This document shows positions 50,873 through 63,264 of a DNA stretch of 64,000 bases, piece after piece. The first letter of the stretch is position 1. Each line of letters opens with the position of its first letter. Origin of the DNA: Octopus vulgaris. Its lineage: Eukaryota. Made by a program: the position numbers and the translations under genes. Location: positions 56,544,001-56,608,000 of the forward strand of contig OX597827.1 of assembly GCA_951406725.2 (NCBI GenBank). The letters are read 5' to 3'. The notes under the pieces were generated by a model. That model was not told the DNA's origin and searched no databases. It saw nothing but the letters and a program-made list of their open reading frames with translations.

Positions 50873-50918
50873 TCTTCATCATTTGGCATCCATTTGTCCA
50901 TGCTGGCATAAGTTAGAT

Positions 50919-51143
50919 CAGGGGTGGGCAAACTACGGCCCGCGGGCCGCATGCGGCCCGCCATAGGTTTTCATGCGGCCCGCCGAGAGGAATATTTCAC
51001 AAAATTTCCTTTCAATCAATTGTGTGTTTATAGGTCTATAACCGCCTTCAAAAATATTTTCACTTGATTTTTATAAATGAGGCACGCCAAGGTTCCAAAG
51101 ACGCACTGTGCGGCCCGCGATCAAAAAAGTTCGCCCACCCCTG
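50919..51143. mobile_element. hAT (Charlie-like) MITE nested in an inverted RTE tail
   Basis: caggggtgggcaaact...agttcgcccacccctg; gcggccc subterminal motifs; 8-bp TSD (a/g)gttagat. Confidence 0.92.
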
Positions 51144-52118
51144 GGTTAGATGGTTTGATCAGGGCTGGTAAGCTGAGGGGCTGCACAGACTCCAGTCGGA
51201 TTTGGCATGGTTTCTACAGCTGGATGCTCTTCCTAATACTCTTAGAGTGTAATGGATGCTTTTACATACCACCAGCATAGGTGCCAGTTGTATGATAACA
51301 ATTTCACTTGGCTTGATGGATCTTCCTTCTTAAGCACAACATGTTGCCAAAGGTCTAGGTCATTTGTCATTGCCTCCATGAGGCCCAGCACTTGAAAGGT
51401 GCTTTTATGTGCCATCAGCATGGGTTCTATATAAATATAGTATAGATGGAATTAAAATCCAAGCTGTATCTTCATGAAACATTTCCGCATAGCTTGGCTC
51501 TATCTGATGAAATGCACATGAGTATTTGATAACGTATGTATATATATCATTATATTATAAATTCATTATATTCATATTAATATCTATGCTCATGTTAAGA
51601 CAATGAACTTGCAGAATCATTAGCATACCTGGAAAAATGCTTAGTGGTGCTTTGTGTCTTTATGTTCTGAGTTCTAATTTAGCCAAGGTCAACTTTGCCT
51701 TCCATCCTTTCAAGGTTGATAAAATAAGTACCAGTTGAACACTGGGATTGATGTAATTGACTTTATTCCCATGAAATTACTGACCTTTGAAATCAATATT
51801 TATGCTCATGAAATGTATTCCTCACATTGTATTTGCATGTGTGTATGTGTAACCAAGCATATGGGTGAGAAATTAAAGATTTAGTAATGATGATAATAAT
51901 AAGGCATATTAATTATAATAATCCTTTCTACTAATCCCACAAGGCCTGGACTTTGTGGGGAGTAGGATAGTCAACTACATCAACCCCAGTACTTGACTGG
52001 TGCTTAATTTATCGGCCCTGAAAGGATGAAAGGCAAAGTTGACTTTGGCTGAATTTGAACTGCCAACTTACAGCCTTCAAATTAATTATAATAATAATAT
52101 TTATTTAATATTTTCTAG

Positions 52119-52155
52119 AACATGGTGATATGTCTTTCAAAGACTAACAGTATAG
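52119..52155 (+). CDS. Gene B micro-exon (37 bp)
   Basis: ttttctAG|AAC ATG GTG ATA TGT CTT TCA AAG ACT AAC AGT ATA G|GTAAG; phase 0 to 1 bridges the neighbouring exons (NMVICLSKTNSI). Confidence 0.7.
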
Positions 52156-52194
52156 GTAAGAAATTAATTTTTATATTTCATGTTGTTTATAATA

Positions 52195-52640
52195 ATCTGG
52201 AGCAAAGACATGAGAGATATGCAGTGATATATGTATGGATGAAACTGGAGGGGTTGGCACCAAACTTTGGCATCAAGAGCTATACAAACCCCTGAGTCTG
52301 ATGTCAATGTACTGTTCAGAAGGCCACAGCTCTCTTTCTAGAGTGAGGACCATGTACTGCAGTAGCTTGGGATTCAAGGGCCCACAGCTATAAATATCTG
52401 CCAAAATATCTGAGGGATCTTCATCGAGTTGGGGTAGATGTTTCTAAGAAACAACTTGATCTCCTGCTGTCAAAGGTCCCAGATGAACCATTGTCATGGC
52501 AAGAAACTCCAAAGGAGGGCAAGTGTGTCAAACTCCCTCCTTCAAAAGCCAATCGCATAAGAATGACCACTGAAAAGATGATTGCACTGGTGGTGCTCCA
52601 GCATGGCCGCAGACTTTGGGTTGAGACATATAAAAGATAT
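52195..52640 (+). mobile_element. CR1/L2-type LINE 3' end
   Basis: LEQRHERYAVIYVWMKLEGLAPN, GFKGPQL and KKQLDLLLSKVPDEP; tail ggtgctccagcatggccgcag. Confidence 0.8.
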
Positions 52641-52815
52641 CACTAGCCACTATACCTTTTTCTGTTTTCTCTCCCTGTTTATTTATGTGTTCCTTTCTGT
52701 CGAAGAGCATATGCTTGAAACGTAAAAGACTTTCTCACTTCCTGAGCGTTAAACTAATACACCTGTTTGTTGTTTACACACCTGTGTTTGTCTTTTGTCT
52801 TTTGTAAATTCTCAC

Positions 52816-52865
<50 letters not shown>

Positions 52866-53247
52866 GTGCAGGTATGGCTGCCTAGTTAAGAAGTATGCGT
52901 CCCATCCTCATTTTTTGGGGGTCAGTCCTACTGCATGGTATTTTGGGCAGGTATCCTCTGCTATAGCCAGGGCTGACCAAAACCTTGTGTGTTGATTTCA
53001 TGAAAGAAACCTGTCATACATATGTGTATATATATATGTACATGGATGTGTGTGTGTGTCAGTGTCAGTGTCACCTTGTCTCAGTATCATTTAATAGTTG
53101 TAAAAGAGCTTGAAAATATGTCTAGCCAAAAGGAAATATTACCTTACTTGGGAATGTACACACATGCACACACACACACACAGAGCTGTATGTATATGTA
53201 TTACATGCATTCACACATATAAACACATATGTACATATATATATGCA

Positions 53248-53302
<55 letters not shown>

Positions 53303-53516
53303 TCATACTTACCTTCTCATATATATACATGTACAAACATATATGTACACACATATACATTATGTTTATGCATACATACACACACACCACACATGTACAA
53401 AAAAATACTCTCGAGATAATATTTACACAAAGTTTTTCCTAATAATATTTTCCCCTTCTATTTACTATTTCTTTTTGTTCCTTTCATCTTTGTTTTTTGT
53501 GTTTCCTTCCTTTAAG

Positions 53517-53670
53517 AATTCAATTACAACCATGGTAGGATTTACTTGATATCGTACCAAAAAAAAAGCTGGACTGACGCCAGTAGTTATTGCCAGAACA
53601 GGGCTGGGCATTTGGCTACAATATATGAACCGTCCACCATTCCGGAAATGGGTTTCACCAAACAGAACAG
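53517..53670 (+). CDS. Gene B exon: N-terminal half of C-type lectin domain
   Basis: Polypyrimidine tract plus AG; FNYNHGRIYLISYQKKSWTDASSYCQNRAGHLATIYEP (W-x-x-A-x-x-x-C...HLA motif). The phase-compatible end is AG|GC. Confidence 0.85.
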
Positions 53671-54716
53671 GCATGATATCTATTTATTTATTTTTATCTA
53701 TTTTTTCTTTCTTTCTTTCTTTTTTATTTTATTTGTTTACAATGAAAAATAAATTTCTTCTCCTCCTCCTTCTTCTTCTTCTTCTTCTTCTTCTTCTTCT
53801 TCTTCTTCTTCTTCTTCTTCTTCTTCTTCTTCTTCCTCCCTCCCCATCTCCCTATCTTCCTCCCTCCCTCCCTCTCCCCCTGTCCTTCCTTCCTTCCTTT
53901 TCATTCATAGCCTTATTGTCATAATGAACCAGCAAAAGAGCTTTTAATACAGTCACTTGGCCTGCTGGAAATAGCAGCCAAATCCCCTTCAAATCATCTC
54001 ATGCCATCTTAAAAACAAAAAAAGACACAACAAACAGTATAGTTACAGATATAATATAAAATAATAGGATAGAGGAAACTTGGAATGCCTTTGATCCTAG
54101 GTCTACATCAGTAGGGGTGACCTGGGGCTAAACAACCAACAAACATTGCCATCATTTTTGTCATCATTGTCGTCATCATCACCACCACCACCACTACATC
54201 CATCATCATTGTCATTATCATCATCATCTTCATCATCATCAGCAGGAGCAGCAGAAGTAGTGTCTGAAACAAGTATGGCAGTGAACAGAATACCTGGTGG
54301 TGTGTAGTTACATCCAGTTGTGTTTTGTGTTCAAATCCCACCTAGGAATTGAATGATACGCCCTCCTCTATACCTAGTAGTATTCAAGCCCTCTTCTTCT
54401 TGTTCATCTTTGAAGAATCTACTTCTTAAACTCTGAAAGCATTTGTTAAATACATCAGAAACAGAGGACTCAGGTGTGAGGGCAAGCAGAGAATTGTGAT
54501 TATTTACACTCCACCTTCCACCTTCCACATGTCCTCATGAGTGAAGAAATGATGAAAGTGACAATATTTCAGTGTCATAAATGCATGTGATAAACTGACC
54601 ACCACCACTAAAGGTTCTCAATAAGTTCCAAAATAGGACCAAAACTGGTTGGAACAAACTCAGTCCGCTTTTTCTGCTTTCTCTCTCTTTCTCTCTCTCT
54701 CTCTCTTTCTCTCTCC

Positions 54717-54752
<36 letters not shown>

Positions 54753-54941
54753 ATTATTTCCATTTAACCTTACACCTTCCACATATTTTTTATATTTACT
54801 AATATATTTTTTATATTATTTATATCTAATTAGAAAATTATCGTTCATTATGTTTAGTGTCATTACAATAGATGTTCTCTATTGTATAATTAGTGTCTCA
54901 TATACATAATCTATCAGCATTCAAACAAGAAATATAACTAA

Positions 54942-55247
54942 CTAGCAGTATAGCCCAGCGTTGCTCAGGTTTGTTTTTTAGTTGCACTTAAAACAGCAGA
55001 CTTAGATGTTGCGCTAACAAAGTTTTGACATAGGGATTTGAAATAGGGATTTTCATAGAAAAAAAAGCACCGTTTTGATGTAAATAATTTTTGGTCTTAA
55101 CATGGTCCGAATGAAGAGCAAGCCTTCTTCTATCATTCTTTCAATTTTTGTCAACTTGTGCCACAGGGTCTCGGAGAAGATAGTGTTAGTTGAAGGCTAC
55201 CAAACCTGCCACACACACACAGACAACTTCAGCTTTATATGTATAGA
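54942..55247 (-). mobile_element. Non-autonomous Helitron (family of 17081-17478)
   Basis: TC start and CTAG end on the minus strand, inserted between A and T. Confidence 0.8.
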
Positions 55248-55474
55248 TTATAACCTATATGGTCATATTTACTTGTGTAATATGAGAAATTTAATACAAA
55301 ACACCAGGATCAAATATGGATGAAATAGTATCATAACATGTGTGTAAAAAAAGACAAGAGGATAAAATATGTTACTAAATACAGGTACAACATGGATTTG
55401 CCAGATCCTATATTTCTAGGATAACCAATTTTTCCAAACCACATTGTCAATTAAACAGATGTGAAATTTACTTA

Positions 55475-55740
55475 AATAATTCCCAACGCTGAAGAGTAGG
55501 CTAATACTCCAATAGTTTTTGCACTTCCTGCTGTCACCTTTCTTATGGATGGGAATGATGATGGCCTTCTTCCATCTTGAAGGTATGCTATCTGATCACC
55601 ATATGAGTTGGATGAGCTCAAGGAGTCATTCAAGCAGTACTGTACTTCCAGCCTTGATTGCCTCAGCAGTAACCTGCTCCAAGCCAGGGGCCTCTCCATT
55701 TTCCAACAAAAGTTTGGCTTCTTTCAGTTCCTCTAAGATT
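55475..55740 (-). mobile_element. LINE reverse-transcriptase N-terminal fragment with stops
   Basis: EELKEAKLLLENGEAPGLEQVTAEAIKAG...WKKAIIIPIHKKGDSRKCKNYWSISLL. Confidence 0.88.
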
Positions 55741-55910
55741 TTACTTTATTTCGCTTTTTTTTACACAAATAATTAAATGAAACACAGGTACCTGCACACT
55801 AGTATTAAAGATACAAGTTTATTTATACTATGCTATGTAAGGTACCAGTAAACTAGTCTGGTTGGTTGCAAGAATTTGAAGTTTCTGCTTGTAAATTAGT
55901 GCAGATTATA

Positions 55911-56120
55911 AGAGAGGTTGCTGAAAAGTTCCTGGCTTTGGGTAAAAGAAGAAGGATCAGTTAATTATGATTTTATTCAACATATTCCCCTCTAAGATTC
56001 ACACACTTATTGCAGAGTTCCTTCAGTTTTTCTAAGCCTTGTAAAAGAACTTGCATGGTTGGGCCTTCAACCAGGCCTTTTGAATACTCTTAAAGCCAGG
56101 AACTTTTCAGCACCTCTTTG
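55911..56120. mobile_element. mariner-type MITE
   Basis: TA|agagaggttgctgaaaagttcctggcttt ... aaagccaggaacttttcagcacctctttg|TA. Confidence 0.82.
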
Positions 56121-56343
56121 TAAGAGGTTCTGCACAATCTTCTGTCTAGAATGTTGGTGCTATACTTGTTAGTAGTTAATTTTGGCAATTTTGTCTTTTA
56201 ATTAATTCAATTTTCTTATATTTTCTTGTTTTTTTTTGGTCTTTATCTTGTGCATGTATATTTGTATACATATATGTGTATGTATAAATATATATTTATT
56301 TTATGTATTTATTTGTTTTAAAAAATTTCTTGTATGATATTAG

Positions 56344-56522
56344 AACCTTTTGGGTTGGACTCCAGTGGAATAAAACCAAAAGTCTATCATCATGGAGCAA
56401 CTGGCATAGTCCTCCTTCTAAACCCAGTGCAATATGTGGTAGTGTGTTGTTACAAACACCATATACATGGTATGCAATGGAATGCACTTTCAAATTACCA
56501 TTCATCTGTGAAATTCGAAATG
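56344..56522 (+). CDS. Gene B exon: C-terminal half of C-type lectin domain
   Basis: TFWVGLQWNKTKSLSSWSNW..CGSVLLQTPYTWYAMECTFKLPFICE (WIGL-type and FICE motifs); phase 2 to 1, donor GTAAGT. Confidence 0.9.
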
Positions 56523-56579
56523 GTAAGTGACAAAATATGATATATTCACACACATTCACTGTCTACACACACACTAGTG

Positions 56580-56622
<43 letters not shown>

Positions 56623-56779
56623 AAGGGATCTACAGACATTGGGATGACAGTAGACAGGGGACCAAGACTCCTGATGGTTTGCAGTGCTTGAAAAGACACA
56701 TCAAGATAAGTAAAAGTATAGTTGCTCTTGCATACAGGCTCATTCCTTGCAACTCTCTCCAGCTGAGCATCCCTAGTCT

Positions 56780-56991
56780 TGTGGGCCCATATGTGCTGGT
56801 GCCAAATAAAAATCACCCATGCCAGTGCTGCATAAAAGCCACCAGTATACTCTGTAAAGTGGTTGGCATTAGGAAGGGCTTCTAGCCATAGAAACCATGG
56901 CAAAACGGACATGGAACGGGAACAGCCTTTCAGCCGGTCAGCTCTTGTCAAACCGTTGAACCCATGGAAAATGGACATTAAATGATGATGA

Positions 56992-56995
<4 letters not shown>
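56780..56995 (+). mobile_element. RTE LINE 3' UTR/tail fragment
   Basis: gtggttggcattaggaaggg...catggaaaatggacattaaatgatgatg. Confidence 0.75.
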
Positions 56996-57037
<42 letters not shown>

Positions 57038-57184
57038 CAGCATTGTTTGGAACTGCAAGAATTCTTCACAGGATTCTTGAAGCATGATCAGTAAATAAAT
57101 GTCACCTTAGTTTACTGACTGTGAAGAGCTGACACTTTTCATCATACCCAGCAAAATAAGCTGAGAGTTTGCATCAAATAATAA

Positions 57185-57402
57185 TAATCCTTTCTACTAT
57201 AGGCACGAGGCCTGAAACTTTGAGGGAGGTGGGCTAGTTGATTACATCGACCCTATTGCTTAACTGGTACTTAATTTATCGACCCTGAAAGCATGAAAGG
57301 CAAAATTGACTTCAGTGAAATTTGAACTCAGTACATCAATGTGAACAAAATGCCTCTAAGTATTTCACCTGGCATGCTAACAATTCTGCCAGCTCGCTGC
57401 CT
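57185..57402 (-). mobile_element. SINE family 2 (tail-B variant)
   Basis: Core matches family 2; tail aatcctttctactataggcacgaggcctgaaa as at 28253. Confidence 0.75.
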
Positions 57403-57409
57403 TGCATCA

Positions 57410-57492
<83 letters not shown>

Positions 57493-57534
57493 TAATAATA
57501 ATAATAAAATAATAATGATGATGATGATGATGAT

Positions 57535-57940
57535 CATCATCATCGTTTAATGTCCGCTTTTCATGCTAGCATGGGTTGGACAATTTGACTGAGGACTGGC
57601 GAACCAGATGGCTGTACCAGGCTCCTATCTTGATCTGGCAGAGTTTCTACAGCAGGATGCCCTTCCTAATGCCAACCACTCTGAGAGTGTAGTGGGTGCT
57701 TTTATGTGCCAGTCAGGCGGTACTGTCAACAGCCATGCCCAAACGGTGTTTTTATTTATGTTCCACCTGCACACTGGTACAAGTGCCAGTAAGGCAACAC
57801 TGGTGACGATCACGCTCGAATGGTGCTTTTTATGTGCCACCAGCATGGACACCAGTTAGCCGCTCTGGCAATGATCATGCTCGGATGGTGCTCTTAGTGC
57901 TCCACTAGCATGGATGCCAGTCATCACATTTGATTTCGAT
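57535..57940 (-). mobile_element. RTE LINE 3' UTR/tail fragment
   Basis: catcatcgtttaatgtccgcttttcatgctagcatgg.. with ggtgctttt subrepeats. Confidence 0.8.
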
Positions 57941-59479
57941 GATGATGATGATAATAGTTTCTTAAACAAGCACAAAGCCTGAAATCTTGAAAGAAGGTTA
58001 TATTTCATTAGATAGGCTCCAGTATTTTACTGGTATTATTTGATCTAATTAGAAAAAAAAAAAGAAAAAAAAAAGTGTAAGAATAGTTGAATATGGTGGG
58101 ATTTGAACTCAGAAGAGAAATAAGTAAATGTTGCAAAGCATTCTGTCCCATGCTCTACTTACTGCTCTAACATTCATTACAGGAATTCCAGTGGAATGAT
58201 ATTCCTAGTAACTGAGTATAGCGGTTAGTGTAGGGTCTTGGTGTGTGAGTTGGAGGCGAAATGGCTGATGAAAAGAAGAGAGATGTGTGAGTTTGGAATG
58301 CACAAATAGAAATGGCATAAGTTTCCAGCCAGCACTGAGGATAAAAAGCAACTGTTGTAGCTTTAGAAAAGGCAGAGAGAGGAGACAACATGTTTATGGG
58401 TTTGTCATTGGAGTATGTTGAGTGACTTTATCCCTTTAGCATTGAGATTACTCTGTCGAATGTAATGCTTATTTATTCACATTGTTTTCAATTAATCATG
58501 CATTATCTTGTGGCTTTGAGATTTCAACGATGTGATTGTTTTTGTTTTTAGAATGACATTGTAAAGTAGGTGTGGGATGCCGGATGGTAGAATATTTGAG
58601 CAGGATATAATCTATTCTCTAGGTGTAGTCTAGAATGTCTGTGTTAACAGAAGCAGTACCATCCCACATGTGGAAGAAGTATGCCATTGTGAGTCTCTTG
58701 TCTGAGTTTTATAGAGGTTTAGTAATTGTTAGTTGTTTGTTGTGGGTTGAAGTATTTTCTGGCAGTGAGGTGGAGGGCCAAACTTTGCTAAGCAGTCTTT
58801 ACTATGCAAAGTGTGTTGTTCACTGGCAGAGATGAAGAGTTGTTAGGCTGCACCATGATTTCTCAGTAATGGTGCAGCCTACCATTGAGAGTGGAAACTG
58901 TACTGAAGCCTGTCATACATATGTGTGTGCATGTGTGTGTGTGTGTGTGTGTGTGTGTTTATATGTTTGTGTATGTGTGTACTTATCTGTGTTTATGTTA
59001 AAAAATCCCAATGCTGTTTTTTGTTGTATCCCTTTATGTCTCATAATTTAGAGGTTCAAGAAATAGTGATCTCTAAAAATAAGTCCTAAATTGAAACAAG
59101 AACTTGGATTGATATGATCAGCTAAAGCATTGGAGGCAGTGCCCCAGCATGGCCACAGTCTAATGACTGAATGCAGCAAAAGAATAAAACGTCTCCCCAA
59201 ATGTGGGTAGCAGCCACCATGGAGGAAAAGGCCCACCTCCACTAAGAATCTAAATAAAAACTCACCATTCTGTATAATCCTTGGTGTCTTCATGACTGTT
59301 GCCTGCAAAAACGTAGACTTCAAGAATTGGCTCCCTCATGTTCATCAATTTTTTCTTTTACACCAACCTGTTTCCATAAAATTTTCTTGAGGGCAGCACT
59401 TCTCTTTCCACCCTGTCATTCTTTACCATCTACTTCAAGTGCTAATAGTAATAATGACAATGATAACAATTTGTTTTAG

Positions 59480-59749
59480 GTAGCTGTCGTTATGCAGAGA
59501 TTAAGAATTCTATCCTACGTGGGACTTACAGTGCCCATCGCATGCAGGTCTCTGTGGAACAGTGTAAGCATATATGTGAAGAAGGAGTACTCGGTTTTAC
59601 CTGCAGGTCCTTTGTTTGGCATATCAAACACAGCTACTGTCAGTTCAGCGAGGGTAAGCTATGGATGACAGTCAATTACACATTGGAACACCATGAGAAT
59701 TGGAATTATTATCAGAAAAACTGCACCACCAATGTTATTATCATCGAAG
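59480..59749 (+). CDS. Gene B exon: PAN/apple domain
   Basis: Phase 1-1, 270 bp: SCRYAEIKNSILRG..VSVEQCKHICEEGVLGFTCRSFVWHIKHSYCQFSE..WNYYQKNC (C-x3-C, CRSF and YYQK-C motifs). Confidence 0.9.
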
Positions 59750-60884
59750 GTATTGTCAACCCTTCAAGTTTACTTATTTTCACCTGAGATTAGTTTAAGG
59801 CAATGAAAATTTACCTGCAGATTTCCAATCAGCTGAGTGATATGCTTATGAGTTGTCCACTTCTGCTATCCTTCTCTCATTCTCTCTCTCTCTCTCTCCT
59901 CTCTTTTTCTCTTCCTCTCTATCTTTCATTATCAAACTGTGATGATGATGATACGATAGAGGAGGAAGAAGAGGAGGTACCACACACACACACACACACA
60001 CGCACACACACACACGTGATACTCTAGGCTCACTTAGAAGCCTCTACATGGTTTCTCGACCTGTTAGAAGAAACAGCTGCCAGTTTTCCCCTCATATCAC
60101 ACCCTTACCTTCGTGAAGGAATTGATACAGTAGATAATGTAGTCCTAGCCTTGACATGTCTGAATGATAGACAGGATGGTCATGACTGGAAACTCCAGTG
60201 GCAACATCTTAGAACCTTAATCTATAACTTTTATTTACTTATTTATATATTTATTTATCTATCTATTTATTTATTTATTTTCTTTAATTACCATATATAG
60301 TAAAAAGAAACTCTGCAATGCATGGGGGTGAAAGTGGGAAAAATTAACTACAACAATAACATCATTTCAAAGAAAGCTTCATTATTTCATTAGTGAAGCA
60401 AATATTACTGCAGTAAATTGGGAATACTTTATATAGTAAACCAGGAAATTCTAATTGACTAAAGTTACACTTTTAGTGATGTGATTAATCATTATGTGAA
60501 TGACTGAATGTTGGTTAAAAAGGAAAAAAAAAAAGAGTGAAAGAGAGAAAGAAAAGAGATAAACACTACGACTGTCTTCTAGTTTCTCAGAGTTTTATCA
60601 AATGCTGCAACAGTTGCTGATATTTCAGTCTATTTTGAAAATCTGAAATTTCATTTTCAGTTGCCATTTGATCATCAATTCAATTTATTTTCATTGAATT
60701 AATTAAAGTGAATTAGGAAATGGACAGTGGAGCGAAAGTAAAAAAAAAAAAAAAACATGTCTTGGCAATTCTTTGTTCTGCAACTTTTGAGTCATTCTGC
60801 TCAAGCATTTGTGGAAGTGTTGTAAAATGGTGGTAAGATAGCCACAAGGTGAATCTGCTGCGTTGGTTCAATTCTCAACTATTT

Positions 60885-61298
60885 TACTCTTTTACTTGTT
60901 TCAGTCATTTGACTGTGGCCTTGCTGGAGCACCAGCTTTTAGTCGAGCAAATCGACCCCAGGACTTATTCTTTGTAAGCCTAGTACTTATTCTATCGATC
61001 TCTTTTTCCGAACCGCTAACTTACGGGGATGTAAACACACCAATATCGATTGTCAAGCAATGTTGGGGGGACAAACACAGACATACAAACATAAACACAC
61101 ACATACATACATACATACATACATACATACATACATACGACGGGCTTCTTTCAGTTTCCGTCTACCAAATCTACTCACAAGGCTTTGGTCAGCCTGAGGC
61201 TACAGTAGAAGACGCTTGCCCAAGGTGCCACACAGTGGGACTGAACCCAGAACCATGTGGTTGGTAAGCAAGCTACTTACCACACAGCCACTCCTACT
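60885..61298 (-). mobile_element. SINE family 1
   Basis: Full body. Confidence 0.9.
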
Positions 61299-61534
61299 GA
61301 GCAAATATCAAATATCTATCATATATTTAAGGGAAATTTGGCCACCATTTTTGCTAGATAGGGGCTCCCACATCGGTTTGTTACAGTTCATTATAAAGAT
61401 GTTCTAAGATGGTGAACTGGTAGGATTGTTAGCATTTTTGGAAAAGATTCTGAGCAGCATTTCTTCTGGTTTTACATTCTGAGTTCAAATCCTGTCGAAG
61501 TCAACTTTGCCTTTCATCATTTATTTATTTAGAG

Positions 61535-61775
61535 CAGTGGTTCTCAAGCAGGGTCCATATGACCCTTGAGAGTCTATATAAGATTTTTGGGGGTCCAAAC
61601 AATAAAATAGTAAATAGTATTTTAAGGACCCCTGAAAAAAATTTTCATTTAGATATTTGTATTGGTATGTATTGCAAGAAACAGCTAGGTTTCTTTCTCT
61701 AACGTTTTACACAGTTCAACCCACACAAGTTAATGTGTGAAAAAAAAAAAAAGGAATTTTGAAAGAAGTTTCTAT
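61535..61775. mobile_element. hAT-like MITE fragment (related pieces ~29980-30237 and ~48270-48349)
   Basis: cagtggttctcaa terminus; internal similarity to 29985-30135. Confidence 0.6.
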
Positions 61776-61809
61776 ATTACTTGTTTCTAAGCATCAAGTA
61801 CACATGGAA

Positions 61810-62350
61810 CTAGATTTTCTCAAATGTTCAGGAGGCTCCCTAGAGGTTGTAGATAGTTTTTATCACCTAAGTGACCAAATTAGCTGTGGAGGAGGTTGTT
61901 ATAAAAATATAGTTGCTAGAATAAGAATAGGATGGAGGCTTCTTTCTTAAAGTGAAAAGCAGAGCATATGATGCTTGTGTATGAACAGCTATGCTTGCTC
62001 TATGGTAGTGAGATGGGAGTCCTGAATGCAGAGGAGATGCATTGACTGGAGAGGAATGAAGCTAGCATGCTCTGATGCATGTGAAACATCAGTGTGCATA
62101 TATTACAAAGTGAAAATGTGTCAAGAGAAAAGTTAGGCATCAGATTAACCAGAAGTAGCTTGCAAAAGAGAAGACTACAATGGTTTGGATATGTGATGCA
62201 TATGAATGAAGACAGCTGTATAGAGAAGAGCCAATTGCTCAAAGTGGATAGAACCTGCATAAGAGGGAGACCCAGGAAGACATAGAATGAAATAGTAAGG
62301 GCTGATCTCAAGATGTTGAGCCTCACAGAGAAGATGACAATGGACCACAA
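61810..62350 (+). mobile_element. RTE LINE ORF2 3' region (degenerate)
   Basis: LEVVDSFYHL..RIRIGW, REKLGIR..RRLQWFGYVMHM..RGRPRKT. Confidence 0.88.
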
Positions 62351-62745
62351 TCATCATCATCATCATCATCATCATCGTTTAGCGTCCGCTTTCCATGCTG
62401 GCATGGCTTGGACGGTTCAACTGGGGTCTGGGAAGCCATAAGGCTGCACCAGGCCCTATCTGATCTGGCAATGTTTCTACGGCTGGATGCCCTTCCTAAC
62501 GCCAACCACTTCATGAGTGTAGTGGGTGCTTTTTACGTGCCAGATGAGGCTGGCAAACGGCCACGATCGGATGGTGCTTTTTACGTGCTACCGGCACGGA
62601 GGCCAGGCGAGGCTGGCAACGGCCATGATCAGATGGTGCTTTTTACATGCTACCGGCACAGAGGCAGTCGGGGCGGTGCTGGCAATGGCCACGTTCGGAT
62701 GGTTCTCTTATGTGCACTGGTATCACAGCTACGATTTCCAAGGTT
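62351..62745 (-). mobile_element. RTE LINE 3' UTR/tail
   Basis: (CAT)n-cgtttagcgtccgctttccatgctggcatgg. Confidence 0.82.
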
Positions 62746-63264
62746 CCAGAAGCACTGTGTATTCCACCCACATGTAACATTAATTAACACACTCCACCCC
62801 AATGAACCAAACTACAGCTCTTCATGCACCATGCTTGTTTCCACCCACCACTGCTGCTGCAACCCAATGCTATTTTGTCAGCTCTCTCTCCTGTCCTCCT
62901 GCCAATTCTATCCTTGCTATCCTACTGCTCCCCAATATACCCATGATCCCCACTCACTGCATTCTCCTTCCCACTCCCCCCATTTGCATTCTCTTGAACT
63001 CCCTGCTTACCCCAACCAATCCTCTGTACTACTCCATTTACATTAACCTCCTTGTACCTTGAGGGTATACTCTGGCATGTCAGCTCCCTCTTCTCTCTCT
63101 TTCTTTCTTTGACTAGGGTAACCATGTATCTCCTCTACAGCATGACACCTGATTCTGTCCCTCTATCATAGCTTAACCTCACATCACCTGGCACATTGCC
63201 ACCTCTCTTAATATCACTCCCACTCTCAGTTAAAGGGTTTTCATCTTGCTTGATGATCTTGGTG

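Noticed and set aside
62408-63046. 212-aa ORF, the longest in the window
   Set aside because: Runs through the antisense RTE 3' UTR subrepeats and low-complexity sequence.
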